Origin: Craspedostauros australis
Lineage: Eukaryota
Length of the DNA stretch: 64,000 nt
Direction of reading: 5' to 3'
Assembly: GCA_030167865.1 (NCBI GenBank)
Contig: JALAGF010006552.1
Span: 1 to 64,000, forward strand
Shown: in pieces, positions 49,846-60,957 of the stretch
How the letters are laid out: each line of letters opens with the position of its first letter
Position numbering within the stretch: the stretch's first letter is position 1
The notes under the pieces: generated by a model
Seen by the model: only the letters and a program-made list of their open reading frames with translations
Database searches by the model: none
What the model was told of the DNA's origin: nothing
Position numbers and translations under genes: made by a program

Positions 49846-51435
49846 CTACAGCGTTGTGTTTTCGAACCCTCCCGGCATCCACGTGACGTTGGGCTTTGGT
49901 GGCACTTGCCCCGCGCCCTTGAGCAGCTCCGCCGCCAGATGGTATCCCATCGTGTCGACGAACTCCCGCAACCACGGTCGAATGTGATCGATCTGATTCT
50001 GCGACTTGTTGAAGGCCAGCTGGTCATAGACCTCCCGCTTGCGCTTCTCCCGAAAGTCCACGCGGAAGTTCCACGCCTCCCAGGTCCCGGCATAATGGTA
50101 CGCCATGAGGGGCGCCATGGCGCTTTCGATGCGCTTGTTGGCATCCTTGCAGATGCTCTTGATGGGTCGGTGGGCGTCGTTCTCATCGTGCTGAATCCAA
50201 TGGCCCGGCACGCTGCGGACGTCGACCAAACATTTGGCGATCTTGTTGTACTGTTTGTTCTTGATGCCGGAATGGTACCGAAACCGCAGGGTCTGGAAAT
50301 CGGATCCGTTGAATCCGGACGGCACCAGCTTTTGGACCTGCGCTGGCGCGCTTTCCGTGGTGCCCATCTGCAATCGGTGCATGCTGATGCAACCGCGTCG
50401 GAACATGGCGTTGCTGAAACGGTTCCTTTGGATGATGTCGAGGATGGTGTAGTTGCGAGTTGGTGGCGGCGTGAGCTTGAACTGCTTGGAGGCATAGGGA
50501 TTGATATCGACGAACTCGTCGACGTCGGTCATTGCCACCCAGGAATAACCTTCGTGACGCATCCAGGACATGCAGCGGGTGTTGAAGAATCTCTGTCGCT
50601 CGATGTAGAGGATCTCCAAGTCGTTGTGGTTGAGTTCCCCAATCGTGGTGTGCATGAAGAGCGCCTCGGGGGGCATTATATCCTCCTCGTGCCAGATGGT
50701 GATGTTCATGAGGCCGTTGCGTTGGTACCTCTTCAGAATCTCTGTTGGATCCGTCTGCGACCGAGGATCGATGGCAACGATGAGCCGTCGCAGGGGAAGC
50801 GTTAGGTGGTGGTAGGCAAGCCATTCGCTGAGGTAATGATTGTCGTCCATGAGGATGAGGCATGCGCCGAAACCTGCCTTGTGTGACCTATGCAGATACG
50901 TTTCGTGAGTGTATGGCAGTGCGTTCGCATTGCCATCTGAAATTGAATGAGCGCTCGCATCGTTGCGATCGTTGTTCTGGAACTGTCGGGAGGTCTGGAT
51001 GTACGTTGGGTTGCCTACATGATGTGGATCTTGGGAAGTACTTGCAGCATGGCCATCGGGGTGGCCATTCGCATCGTGATTGGAATGTCGAAGCATGGAT
51101 GATTCCAATTGTATGACCTGAAAGACGATCCACACGGCGAAGATGACGAGCTGCAGATTGATGACTGTGGACAACGACATCTTCCTGCTGCCAGTGTTGG
51201 CACCGCCAGAGGCACTACCCTTCATGTTGGTGATGCTCCTCCATCCGCCCGGCCTTGCATTTGGCTTCGGTGGTGACGATGTGGTTGGTGGTCCTGACTT
51301 TGGGGCTGCCTCATGGCCGGGAGGATTGAGAGGCATGCTCTCTCTGCCTCTCTGCCTCTCTACTCGTACGTGTCTATCTCTGTCTGTACGTATCTGCTGA
51401 TTCAGTGGCGAGTAAGAGTTGGTCGATGCTTGCAT
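49846..51435 (-). CDS. GT-A fold glycosyltransferase (GT92 / Glyco_tranf_2_4-like), type II membrane protein; start uncertain (51435 or 51336)
   Basis: FGACLILMDDNHYLSEWLAYH, DxD motif in WVAMTDVDEF, and an N-proximal TM (LVIFAVWIVFQVI). Confidence 0.75.
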   Translation of the reverse strand: MQASTNSYSPLNQQIRTDRDRHVRVERQRGRESMPLNPPGHEAAPKSGPPTTSSPPKPNARPGGWRSITNMKGSASGGANTGSRKMSLSTVINLQLVIFAVWIVFQVIQLESSMLRHSNHDANGHPDGHAASTSQDPHHVGNPTYIQTSRQFQNNDRNDASAHSISDGNANALPYTHETYLHRSHKAGFGACLILMDDNHYLSEWLAYHHLTLPLRRLIVAIDPRSQTDPTEILKRYQRNGLMNITIWHEEDIMPPEALFMHTTIGELNHNDLEILYIERQRFFNTRCMSWMRHEGYSWVAMTDVDEFVDINPYASKQFKLTPPPTRNYTILDIIQRNRFSNAMFRRGCISMHRLQMGTTESAPAQVQKLVPSGFNGSDFQTLRFRYHSGIKNKQYNKIAKCLVDVRSVPGHWIQHDENDAHRPIKSICKDANKRIESAMAPLMAYHYAGTWEAWNFRVDFREKRKREVYDQLAFNKSQNQIDHIRPWLREFVDTMGYHLAAELLKGAGQVPPKPNVTWMPGGFENTTL

Positions 51436-52206
51436 CAACTTGCACTCGTTCTCGCTCGTAGGTCCTAATCTGGCAGTATGATATTATACTTCTATACTCA
51501 GGAGATACACCTGACTGATGATCTGCCTGTCGGAGAGTGTTGTCCAATGGACGACCCGCGAAGTCTCCGGAGTCGTCGCAGGAGCAGTCGGTGGGTGCTC
51601 CAGTAAAGTACTTTGCACAATACTGTCGAAGCACTCTTTGGGCTTGTTCACGAACGTTCAATCGGATCAAGTGTGGAGAGGCTGGGTGTGAATCTCAAGG
51701 TATTGCGATTGTGATTGCTATTGCTATTGCCATAGTTGCTGATGCTCTCCACCATACTGATCAGAGTCGTTGTCATGTTGCTTGTCGATCGTTGCGCTAA
51801 TCTGTTGGAGGTTGTCTGTGTTGATTGCACAAGAAACAGCCGAAACGACCACAGCGAAGGTCATTATTCCAGACATGGTCATCAATTCCATGTCAGGTGT
51901 AATGTCCGTCCGTCACATCGCTCTTTTGTCTTGTCACGCTGTTTTCGCCTCACAAAATGTCTCGTGGTTCGATTTCGATGTCGACGCCTCTGTCCACAAC
52001 AACGCATCGTGAGAGTGATGGGAGAGGTGCAACAGCTTCAGCCTCGGAAACAATCCTGTGTTGGAGCATCATACCTGCGGGCATCGATTTCCAAGGACTG
52101 ATCTAAATGCGGAACGAAGAGCGCAATCGACAGCTTCTGTCATAAGTATACACGCCACATGCCCATCCATACTTGTCATGACGACGCCAATGACACCAAT
52201 GACGCC

Positions 52207-53442
52207 ATGGCATCAACTACAGCATCACGACCACAGCACGCACCCATCCGAATGATTGAATTCTTCTCCGGCATCGGTGGAATGCGCTTCGCGGTGGAGA
52301 GCAACGTGGCGATCGCAGAATGCCGCGCATTCGAAATCAACAACCACGCCAACTCGGTCTATCAGCACAACGAGCACTGCGGTTGTTCCGCAACCCAAAC
52401 GACCACGTTCACCAAACTTGTGGAGCAGCTGCAACCCGAGCAGCATTTGATGTTCCGTGAGGCGCACACACCCAACGGCGAGCACCGCCCTGCCGATCTG
52501 TGGACCATGTCGCCGCCATGCCAGCCCTTCACGAAGACGCGCATGGCCAAGCAGTTGGATGGGGAGGATAAACGGACCGCTGGATTTCGTGCCATCATGC
52601 ATTTCTTGCGCCAGAGCTGTTCCGATGCCGCTCCCGCGAGCGTTTGTGAAAATGAAGCGCAGCAGCAAAAAGCACAAGAAGAGCAACAGCAACGACGAGG
52701 ACGACGCAAGAAGAAGAAGAGGAGCAAGGACTCGCTTCCGCGCGGAACAATAGACGTGCGTCCAAAATGGCTGCTGCTGGAAAACGTGCAAGGATTCGCA
52801 TCGTCTCAGATGATCCAGGAATGGTACGACTGCCTGGAGGCCTGCGGGTACGCATGGAAGGAGTTCCTGTGGACGCCGATGCACTTTGGCATTCCCAACC
52901 ACCGCATGCGGTACTACATGATCGCGGAGCTGCATTCGCAACGATTTGGAACGCGGCGTGGAGACTATCAGGTGCGGCCGGCGATGGATGTGGTGCGTCC
53001 CATCAGCGAGTACCTGCAACCGCATGCTATCGATGATGTGCAATGCTTCGTGACCGAAACCGCGTTGCAGCAACCGTGGGCGAAGGACCTGCCCGTCGTT
53101 TCAGCTTTCGACCGCGTCACGCGATGCTTCACGGCTGCGTACGGGCGTATCTTGCATGCCTCGTCCGGTAGCTTGCTGCTCGCGGATTATCCCCACGCTG
53201 TCGCCGACGTTCCTTTGGAGGATCCAACGGACATGATACAGTACCACGGTCGTCTGAGACGGTTCTCACCCAGCGAGCTGCTTCGATTGTTCGGATTTCC
53301 AGCGGAGTTTGCAATGCCGTCTTCGTTGAAGCTGGAAACGCAGTACAAGCTCATTGGGAATTCCATCAACGTGACGGTTGTTTCCCATGTGGTGAGGGAG
53401 CTCGTGCAGGGAGAGTCGAGTAGTGTGGGGAGTGGATGCTGA
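52207..53442 (+). CDS. DNMT2: DNMT2/TRDMT1 tRNA (cytosine-C5) methyltransferase
   Basis: C5-MTase motifs EFFSGIGG, SPPCQPF, LLENVQGF, GIPNHRMRYY, RRFSPSELLRLFGFP and YKLIGNSINV, plus the DNMT2-specific CFTAAY. Start uncertain (52159, 52207 or 52252). Confidence 0.9.
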   Translation: MASTTASRPQHAPIRMIEFFSGIGGMRFAVESNVAIAECRAFEINNHANSVYQHNEHCGCSATQTTTFTKLVEQLQPEQHLMFREAHTPNGEHRPADLWTMSPPCQPFTKTRMAKQLDGEDKRTAGFRAIMHFLRQSCSDAAPASVCENEAQQQKAQEEQQQRRGRRKKKKRSKDSLPRGTIDVRPKWLLLENVQGFASSQMIQEWYDCLEACGYAWKEFLWTPMHFGIPNHRMRYYMIAELHSQRFGTRRGDYQVRPAMDVVRPISEYLQPHAIDDVQCFVTETALQQPWAKDLPVVSAFDRVTRCFTAAYGRILHASSGSLLLADYPHAVADVPLEDPTDMIQYHGRLRRFSPSELLRLFGFPAEFAMPSSLKLETQYKLIGNSINVTVVSHVVRELVQGESSSVGSGC

Positions 53443-53576
53443 TGCGCCGTACTCGTGAAGTCTCTCTGGCTCTCTGGACTTGGACAACAGTAGCCTTCGG
53501 AGGGACAAACTGGTTCTAACTTAGCTCCTTTTGTGTGAGGCAGTTTTGGTCCCAAGGCACCCTGAGACACGCATCG

Positions 53577-53600
53577 TGACGAGACAAATTCGTCTCGTCA
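53577..53600. promoter_or_regulatory. Perfect 9-bp inverted repeat TGACGAGAC-N6-GTCTCGTCA
   Basis: Seen directly between the DNMT2 stop and the AAA_28 start. It overlaps a CGTGACGA motif. Function is inferred. Confidence 0.35.
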
Positions 53601-53924
53601 GCCATCATCCACCAACCACGTGAGGCTGGGGCGACCAAAGATGCGCCGAAAACGGTTGATAGAAATCGGAATACCTGTGTACACCACCACCACACAACAC
53701 AACACGCGACAACCAGTGCAGCCAACACCACACATGCCCAAACTCATTCTCGCACTCGATCTCGTCTCCATGCCATAATCTCCCTGTCCGTCCCAACGGC
53801 AACGACCATCCATAAACCATCATCGGCAGCAATCTATTATTCTATTCTAAATTATATAATACAAACCAAACGAGCAACAACAACCGAAGAGACAATCAAA
53901 GAAGCAAAGAGAGGAAGCAACGGA

Positions 53925-54873
53925 ATGAAAGAAGACAACATGTGCGCAGGCGACGATCCAATGCTGCTGACGGAAGCAGAGCGGAACCTGCAGAACCGCA
54001 GCAGCAAGTTCTACAAGTTCGTCATCACGGGTGGACCCTGCGGAGGCAAGACCACGGCCATCGCGCACATCTCCAATCACCTCAAGGAGGCTGGCTTTCA
54101 GGTCATCACGGTCCCGGAGGTGAGTCGATCGGCATTTTCTGCTCTTCTTCAGTGTTCTTTTTCAGTGTTCTGTGGTCTTGCGTTGCTTGGTTGCTTGCTG
54201 AAGGTGCAATACAGTCGATGCTCTTCCTATTCCACAGTGGGGGTGCTGCGCTGGTCTACTCCACTCTACTCCAGAGTGTTCATGATCATCTCATCTCCGA
54301 TTTCCAACCTCCGTTCGTCACATCCTTCATTCGTCTCATGCTTCGCTTCCCTTCCCCGCCCTACTCTGTTCTCGCCAGGCATTCACGATGCTGGTCTCCA
54401 ATGGCATGTCCTACGACCTCTTCGCCACGGAGGGCATGGCCAACGTCATTCAGAACCGCGTGATGGATCTGCAGATATCCTTCGAGGACGCCATGGAGAG
54501 CGTCCTGCGCGCCTCGGGCAAACCCGCCGTGCTGCTCTGCGACCGTGGCCCCATGGACGGCGCCGCGTATCTCACGCAGAAGGAGTGGGCCAACCTCCTG
54601 GCCAAGCGCGGCGCAACCGAAGCCTCCCTGTGTGACGACCGATACAACGCCGTCTTTCACATGGTCACGGCCGCGGACGGAGCCGCTTCCTTCTACACCT
54701 TGGACAACAACGCGGCGCGCACGGAGACGGCGGAGCAGGCCATCGCGTTGGATAAAAAGACCCTGGCAGCCTGGGATAATCACCCCCACATGCACGTCTT
54801 TGATAACTCCACGGATTTTGCGGGCAAGCTCGGGAGACTGCTCACGGTTGTCAATAGCATTGTGGGAACCTAA
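53925..54873 (+). CDS. AAA_28 (NadR/Ttd14-like) P-loop NTPase, single domain; 2 exons
   Basis: Exons are 53925-54119 and 54379-54873. Motifs: FVITGGPCGGKTT, VPE|AFT, LLCDRGPMDGAAY, YNAVFHMVTAADGA, NNAARTE and DNSTDF. Confidence 0.85.
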
Positions 54874-56239
54874 GAGGGCGAACCACCATTGAGGCAGAAT
54901 GCAGGCTGAATGGATGTGCGGTCAATGTGGTCTACACGATGCGCTTCTACGCCATTTGGCACTACCAACTGCGCAGGGGGAAATCGTGCGCATACTCTGC
55001 CATGATCGATGTGTCGTGCTGTGATCACACCCAAGAACCAGGATCATACTCTTGTCTGATCGCTGGATCGATCGCCGGCGGTCCAACCATCACACATCGT
55101 CCAGCGAGTCGCAGGAAAAGAAAGTCGAAGACAACAGCATAGTCTTCGAACAAGAAATGGAGTGGCGGAGCATACTCCGCATCATCAATCCGCTTGCGAA
55201 TGAGAGACAGCAAGCGAGCAATCAAGTCAGCAGAAGCATACGCAGAACCATACATCGATAGATGGACAGATGGACTGATGGATGGAGACACAAAGATCAT
55301 CATCAACTCTGCTCACCATACTCGTAATCAGGCAGGGAATGCAATACACTACGATACGGCGCGATGCGATGCGACATGATGCGAACGATAAAGAAAGCAC
55401 CAAACGGAGATGTCCCGTAAGCATACTGCGCGAATGTTGCATCCCATGCCAGCATCGCGCCGCTTCGCCAACATGAGACCAGCATGGAAACAATCCCGCC
55501 GTCTGTGTTGCAAACAACTGTGCTTGAATGACGAAGGTTTCGTGCGACAAGCCAACGCCTATAACACGCTGGCATGAACGTAAATCGTAAACCAGGGACC
55601 TACATCAATGTAAGACTGCATCGCTTGTCTAGTATTACAGGAACACAATGGGGCAGCAGATGATCGATTATGTTGCTGTTGGTGGTGTCGACCACTGGTC
55701 TCCGAATTCCAATGGAACTAAAAAAAACACGCCAAACTCATTTGTACCGTTTTGCGACAATGGGGCAACTAAAGTAAATAGTATTTTACCGCAACGTATC
55801 AAAACTTGTTCTTGTCGCAACGACGTCCTCGGTGTCTACCATGTCCCAATGACAAGTGAGCTTCAGTCATTGATGTCTACGCCAATCAGTTGCGTTTCTT
55901 CAGATCTTTGCGCAACGAGAAAGGGAGTCCGCGAGATCGCCCACTTCTCCACGCCTCCACGGAACAAAACGCGAAAGACGAACGTGACGAACCCCCACGA
56001 AAGACACAATGGAAGAGAAAGAACGTGGGAATCTGATCTTTGACTTTCTCATCACGAGATCGTTGGACATGAATTGGGAGGATGGCGTTTGTTCGCACCG
56101 TGCCATGCCAAACGAATACGAACCGTGTCATAAAGATGGAAGACGATCAATCCAAATCCATCCAATTCAATCCAACTCGACTTGGCAACACCTACAACAC
56201 CTACACACAGCAACAGCAACAGCGACTGAGACAATCACG

Positions 56240-57142
56240 ATGACGATGGCGAGAAAGAGAGAGGCAGCTGTCGGACGACGCCCCGTCCTTCCAGCGATGA
56301 CGACGGCGATGAAGGTGGTGGTAATGATGATGATGATGATGCCGCTTGTCATGGCCAGCACGCGCATCTGCTTCGATGACGTGCGAAACACCAATCTAGC
56401 ATGTTCATCTGCCATGATTGCCGACAGCGCAGTCGAAAACAGTCTGCATGAGTGCGACAATCAACAAGAACAACAACAGCTGCACTGCACAGACTTCATC
56501 GAAGTCGCATCGCATCATCCTCATGACGACAGCCAGGACCGCACGCCTCTCGAAGCAATCGGATCGCTGCAGCATGTCGGTCTCGATCGAACTCTGGATG
56601 TGTCCTACGATGTCCTCGCCAAGGCCATGCTTTCCTCCAGATCTGATTTTTGGAAGAAGGCTGTCTTTCAGCAATCATGTCGGTATCAGAACACCACTGT
56701 TGGAGATTGGGAGACATGCCAGGACTTTGGCGACGACAGCAGTGACAGCCACCAGCCCTGTGCAACGCGGGAGACGAGCTACGAAATGCCCAAATCCCGC
56801 TTCGCCGGAACCTACATGGCCTACCAGACCCAGCAGCTCCTGCGATACGACGAGGACCATTTCGTGCTGCGATTCCGAACCAACACTCCCGATGCACCAT
56901 TCGGTAGCAAGTTCGTGACATGGACGCAGATGGAGGTGAAGCGGCAGGAAGGGACGTCGTCCAGCCGTCTGATCTGTTCCGTCCAACCAGAGTATCCCAA
57001 CGGCAGACCCATGTCATTTCTGGCCAACCAGATCCGGAATGGGATGAGATCGGGAACGGCAGAATTCTTTGAGACGTTCGCGGAATGCATTCAATCCAAG
57101 CTCGGCGTTGCATCGATGGCAACGGCAAGCGATGCGCAATGA
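56240..57142 (+). CDS. Stand-alone VASt (StART-like lipid transfer) domain protein with N-terminal hydrophobic segment
   Basis: RETSYEMPK...QTQQL...FVLRFRTNTPDAPFGSKFVTWTQMEV...RLICSV...IRNGM resembles the VASt domain (TPDVP-G-F motif). Start uncertain (56240 or 56297). Confidence 0.65.
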   Translation: MTMARKREAAVGRRPVLPAMTTAMKVVVMMMMMMPLVMASTRICFDDVRNTNLACSSAMIADSAVENSLHECDNQQEQQQLHCTDFIEVASHHPHDDSQDRTPLEAIGSLQHVGLDRTLDVSYDVLAKAMLSSRSDFWKKAVFQQSCRYQNTTVGDWETCQDFGDDSSDSHQPCATRETSYEMPKSRFAGTYMAYQTQQLLRYDEDHFVLRFRTNTPDAPFGSKFVTWTQMEVKRQEGTSSSRLICSVQPEYPNGRPMSFLANQIRNGMRSGTAEFFETFAECIQSKLGVASMATASDAQ

Positions 57143-57720
57143 AGGCTTGTTCTTCGCAATCAAAGTGTACTTCCTCATACATGAAGAGGTGGTCAGTCGT
57201 CAGAGCACGAATATTGGTTGTCTCCAGTCCGGGTACGGAAACGAGGGTTCCTCCATGCAAATGTGGTAATTAAAGGAGTGCTGGGGGAAGATGTAATGGT
57301 AATCTTGACATGTAACATGACTATACATGTAGAGTACCATATCTTTGCGGAGTGATGTCGAGTATGTCTGCCATGGTCTTAGATCGTGCAAGTGCTGTGA
57401 TGGGATGGACTCTGTGGTTTGGTTTCGTTTGGTGGTGCTGCTGTGGTGCTTCTTCGTACTTTTGCTGTGCGAAGTACTCGTAGTAGCATCAAGGTGTTGC
57501 CAGCGTGTTCGGCGGAGCCGAACAAAGCTCTACGACAAACGCGAATGATTGGGATAACCACCCCTCCAACATCTTAGGATGAAGTCCACAGCACCTCCTG
57601 AAAGGTCGTATTTCTTCAAATTCAGAGAAAAGCTGAGTACTCTACGAATATGTATTAAATAATATGTAATAGTGAATGGAATGCTGCGTGTTGGGATACA
57701 TGTATTGCGAAAAGTCAACT

Positions 57721-58659
57721 CTATACATGTGTATGCGGAGCCTGCTCAGCGACTACCAGCCGCTTCGTCAGCGCCTCGCCATGTTCGTGAGGTGCGCCTG
57801 CTTCCAGATCTCCGGCGGTGTTCTCGTTGGATCCATCTTCGTTGTCGACGCCGTCGGCCGCCGTCGATCGCTGCTGGCGTCCTTTGCGGACTCTTTTCTC
57901 GAAATGGCCCAGCGGGATGAATTCGTTGCCGTCCTCGTCCAAGCCGTAGAGGTCGTTGAGCAGTTCCGCACCCGCGAGCCAGTACGCGACGGCGGATGTA
58001 GCAAGGCCGAACCAGCCACCGACCTTGTCGACCGTTTCATCGCGCACGCCGCCGGCCAGCAGATACAACGTGACCGCCAGGAGGAAGAAGAGGAGGGAGA
58101 TGGTGCGATTGAGGCGGAAGGTGCCGAACCACAGAATGGTGGTGAAGATGGCAGCAAGGGCGAACATGGCCTCAGTCGCCTTGGGATTGGGGCTGATGGA
58201 TTCCATATCCGTGGCGAGGAGCTGGATGATGTCCACCGTGCCCAGCGACATCCAGAGGCCGCCGTACAGCAAGAAGGCGGTGTAGCCAAAGATGTTGTTG
58301 CGGCGGACCTCGCTCAAGCCGGCAATGACCTGCAGCAGACCGCCGAAGAACATGGCGAATCCCAGCACGAGGGCTTCCGTGCCTTCATCGTCTTCCTCCT
58401 GATTGCCAGCCAATCCCGTGTGCTTCGTTTGCAGCAGCGCCGTGGTGAGGCCAAATGCGAACAGACCCAAAGGTGCTGGGTTGGGCACTTTGGGATTGAT
58501 GTGTGGATGGAGATTGCGGATCTCGTCAACGAGCATGTATGGCTCATTCATGGCTGCCTTGTTTCGAAGAGGTTGGGTAGACATGGTGCGTTCTGGCGTG
58601 ATGTTGGTTGTGTCGTTGTTGCTATCGATTGTGTTGCTATCAAGTGTGGTACTGTGCAT
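57721..58659 (-). CDS. GPR1/FUN34/YaaH (Ady2/SatP) carboxylate transporter
   Basis: Family signature [14 protein letters not shown], plus [14 protein letters not shown] and [15 protein letters not shown], with six TM segments. Start may be 58584 or 58551. Confidence 0.93.
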   Translation of the reverse strand: MHSTTLDSNTIDSNNDTTNITPERTMSTQPLRNKAAMNEPYMLVDEIRNLHPHINPKVPNPAPLGLFAFGLTTALLQTKHTGLAGNQEEDDEGTEALVLGFAMFFGGLLQVIAGLSEVRRNNIFGYTAFLLYGGLWMSLGTVDIIQLLATDMESISPNPKATEAMFALAAIFTTILWFGTFRLNRTISLLFFLLAVTLYLLAGGVRDETVDKVGGWFGLATSAVAYWLAGAELLNDLYGLDEDGNEFIPLGHFEKRVRKGRQQRSTAADGVDNEDGSNENTAGDLEAGAPHEHGEALTKRLVVAEQAPHTHV

Positions 58660-59822
58660 ATGCTTTGCGCGATTTTATGAGTCGATACATCATCACAAAC
58701 ACGAACGCTGGCACAGACCCACAGAGGCAAGCCTCAACTTCACCAGCGCGAAGACATGCCACGAGACGAGCCGGAACCAGACAGAGATCTCTCTGTCTCC
58801 CCTCCCCCAACACGCTGACCCACTCCGTGCTCATCTCTGGTGCATCGAGATGCTCTTGGAGAGCAGGACGTCCGCCCTTCTTGTTTCTTCTTCTTCGGAT
58901 TCTCGTTGGCCCAACAATGACGACAACCGTATCGTGGCGACGTTTTGTCTTGTGCACAGCCGTGACATGCTGCGCTTGAGTTGAAGATGGTGCCGGAGCG
59001 TCTCCATCGATCAGACGCCACTACCTGCCCCAAGAGCGTTGTCGCGCTGCCTCAGACTTCGGGTTTGGGATGATGTCCTCACACAGAATCCTCTGCACGC
59101 AGACGCCATCCCATGCACTCTTGTTGGGTCCGAGTTCGGGTTGGCGTTCCGCAATTCTCGCACGTCTGTTCCATTGCCTGTTGGGTACGGATGCGCCTGC
59201 CATCTAATCAGCCAACTCTCGGAGCACGGGCATCGGCGACATGGATAGGGTTTCTTTACAATGCATGGTGGTGCATCGCAGGGGACCACTGTGAAGATGC
59301 TCCTGCAATCAACGATGCCGTTGCCAAAGTTCCCATCTTGTGGCGATTCATCTTTTGTGTGGTCCAGTTTTGGCGCGTTTCTCATGGCACGTTTGCAGCA
59401 TCTCCAGACGTGCGCTTTTCTTCTGTGACGACTTGGACGACTGTGTCGACAACGGTTGAGTCGACTGGATCGATTGACACGTTGTGCGCCTCTTCTTTTT
59501 TGTTCCTCAACAAAATGTCAACGTGACGAACATCAACTCAAATGACGCCACCAAAAACAGAAACACGCGCCACACAACCAGCCCAATCCATCCATCCATC
59601 CATCCATCCATCCACCCATCCATCAACCATCGCCGTACACCGAAGCAAGTTCGTGTGTAACGATACAAACACGTTACAATAGAGCAGCGTGCTCCCAGAG
59701 CGTGGAGCAGCATGGATGCATAGAGAGGGCAAGCAATTGCATTCGACGAATACCTGCCCTGCCATCCACTCACATCCACTCACATCCTCCACGCATCCAC
59801 TACACATTCACGACACATCACG

Positions 59823-60635
59823 ATGCGACCGCTCCACCGCCGCGTGCCGATCAAGGGCCGTGGGTACTCGTTGATGTACCAAGCCTTCGGTCCGTTGATG
59901 TGCAATACGTACGCCTTAATGTGCGACATCACCAAGCAGACAGCTATTGTGGATCCATCCTGCCAATCACCGGATGAATTCGAGGTTCTGCTGGAATCTC
60001 TGGAAGATGCAGCTTCGATCCATCATCATGGCAGTGACGGCAACAGCTACACCGTCTCCCATATCCTCTTGACGCACGGCCACTGCGATCATGTCATTGG
60101 GGTCAAGGAATGCTTGCGAGAATGGCCGCGTGCGTCGCTTCATCTGCATGGATTGGAACAGGAGAACTACGATCAGGCGGCCGAGGTGGGCCGGCAATTC
60201 GGCGTGCACTTCACGGAGCCTGCTCATCTGCCGTTGCCGCAACCGACAGATGAGATCGTCGATGGGCAGCGCATTGCGATCGGGGACAGCATCCGGCTGC
60301 AGGCCGTGCATACGCCAGGCCACGCGCCGGGGCATGTGGCCTTTTGCGATGATCGGCCATCGGATGACACCGACGGGTCCGTCATCCTCAGCGGTGATCT
60401 GCTGTTCCGGGGTTCTGTAGGGCGGACCGACTTTCCCAACGCTTCCATCGATGATCTGTACGCCAGTCTGTACCGCGTGTATGACAAGTTTCATGATGAT
60501 TCCATCGTCCTTTCGGGTCACACAACCGCGACATTCCTCAGGAAGGAGAAGGAATCCAATCCATTCGTCGCGGCTGCCATCCAGCGCCCGCAAGACTGGT
60601 GGGAAGAGGCGAAGCTACGGAATGGATGGCAGTGA
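59823..60635 (+). CDS. Metallo-beta-lactamase-fold hydrolase (glyoxalase II-like, YcbL/GloC type)
   Basis: Motifs: IVDP, LTHGHCDH, HTPGHAPG, SGDLLFRGSVGRTDFP, LSGH and EKESNPF. Confidence 0.9.
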   Translation: MRPLHRRVPIKGRGYSLMYQAFGPLMCNTYALMCDITKQTAIVDPSCQSPDEFEVLLESLEDAASIHHHGSDGNSYTVSHILLTHGHCDHVIGVKECLREWPRASLHLHGLEQENYDQAAEVGRQFGVHFTEPAHLPLPQPTDEIVDGQRIAIGDSIRLQAVHTPGHAPGHVAFCDDRPSDDTDGSVILSGDLLFRGSVGRTDFPNASIDDLYASLYRVYDKFHDDSIVLSGHTTATFLRKEKESNPFVAAAIQRPQDWWEEAKLRNGWQ

Positions 60636-60658
60636 AGATGGCAGTGAAGATGGCAGTG
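60625..60658. repeat. 12-bp tandem repeat GATGGCAGTGAA (about 2.8 copies) spanning the MBL stop codon
   Basis: Directly visible. The stop TGA lies in the first copy. Confidence 0.85.
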
Positions 60659-60957
60659 GGCCCTGCCTCCTTCACCTTGTGCTGCTTCTCTACTCTCGAC
60701 AGAGTTCGAATGTGGAATTCTACTATGCCAATTTTAGATGAACCAACTACCGCATTATCACGGAACATACGGCTCGCGCCAATGGAAACGGACGGGCGAA
60801 GACTGAACTTACAACGTAACATTTAACACATTGCTGCTGCATTCACATTCGCCAGCTCGTTTTCATCATGCCAGCCCATACGAAACGTAAATATGGAACT
60901 ACTCGGAGAGCGCTGCGGAGGAATGTACATGCTCCATGGACGAGTACTCGAGTCCAA

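Noticed and set aside
52207..53442. Restriction-modification or DNA methyltransferase defence locus with the neighbouring NTPase
   Set aside because: The CFT motif identifies DNMT2, a tRNA methyltransferase. No nuclease is nearby, and the NTPase is a spliced Ttd14-like gene.
59823..60635. Antibiotic-resistance beta-lactamase
   Set aside because: The GDLLF-GSVGRTD and E-x-x-x-NPF motifs indicate the glyoxalase-II-like subgroup, and there is no signal peptide.
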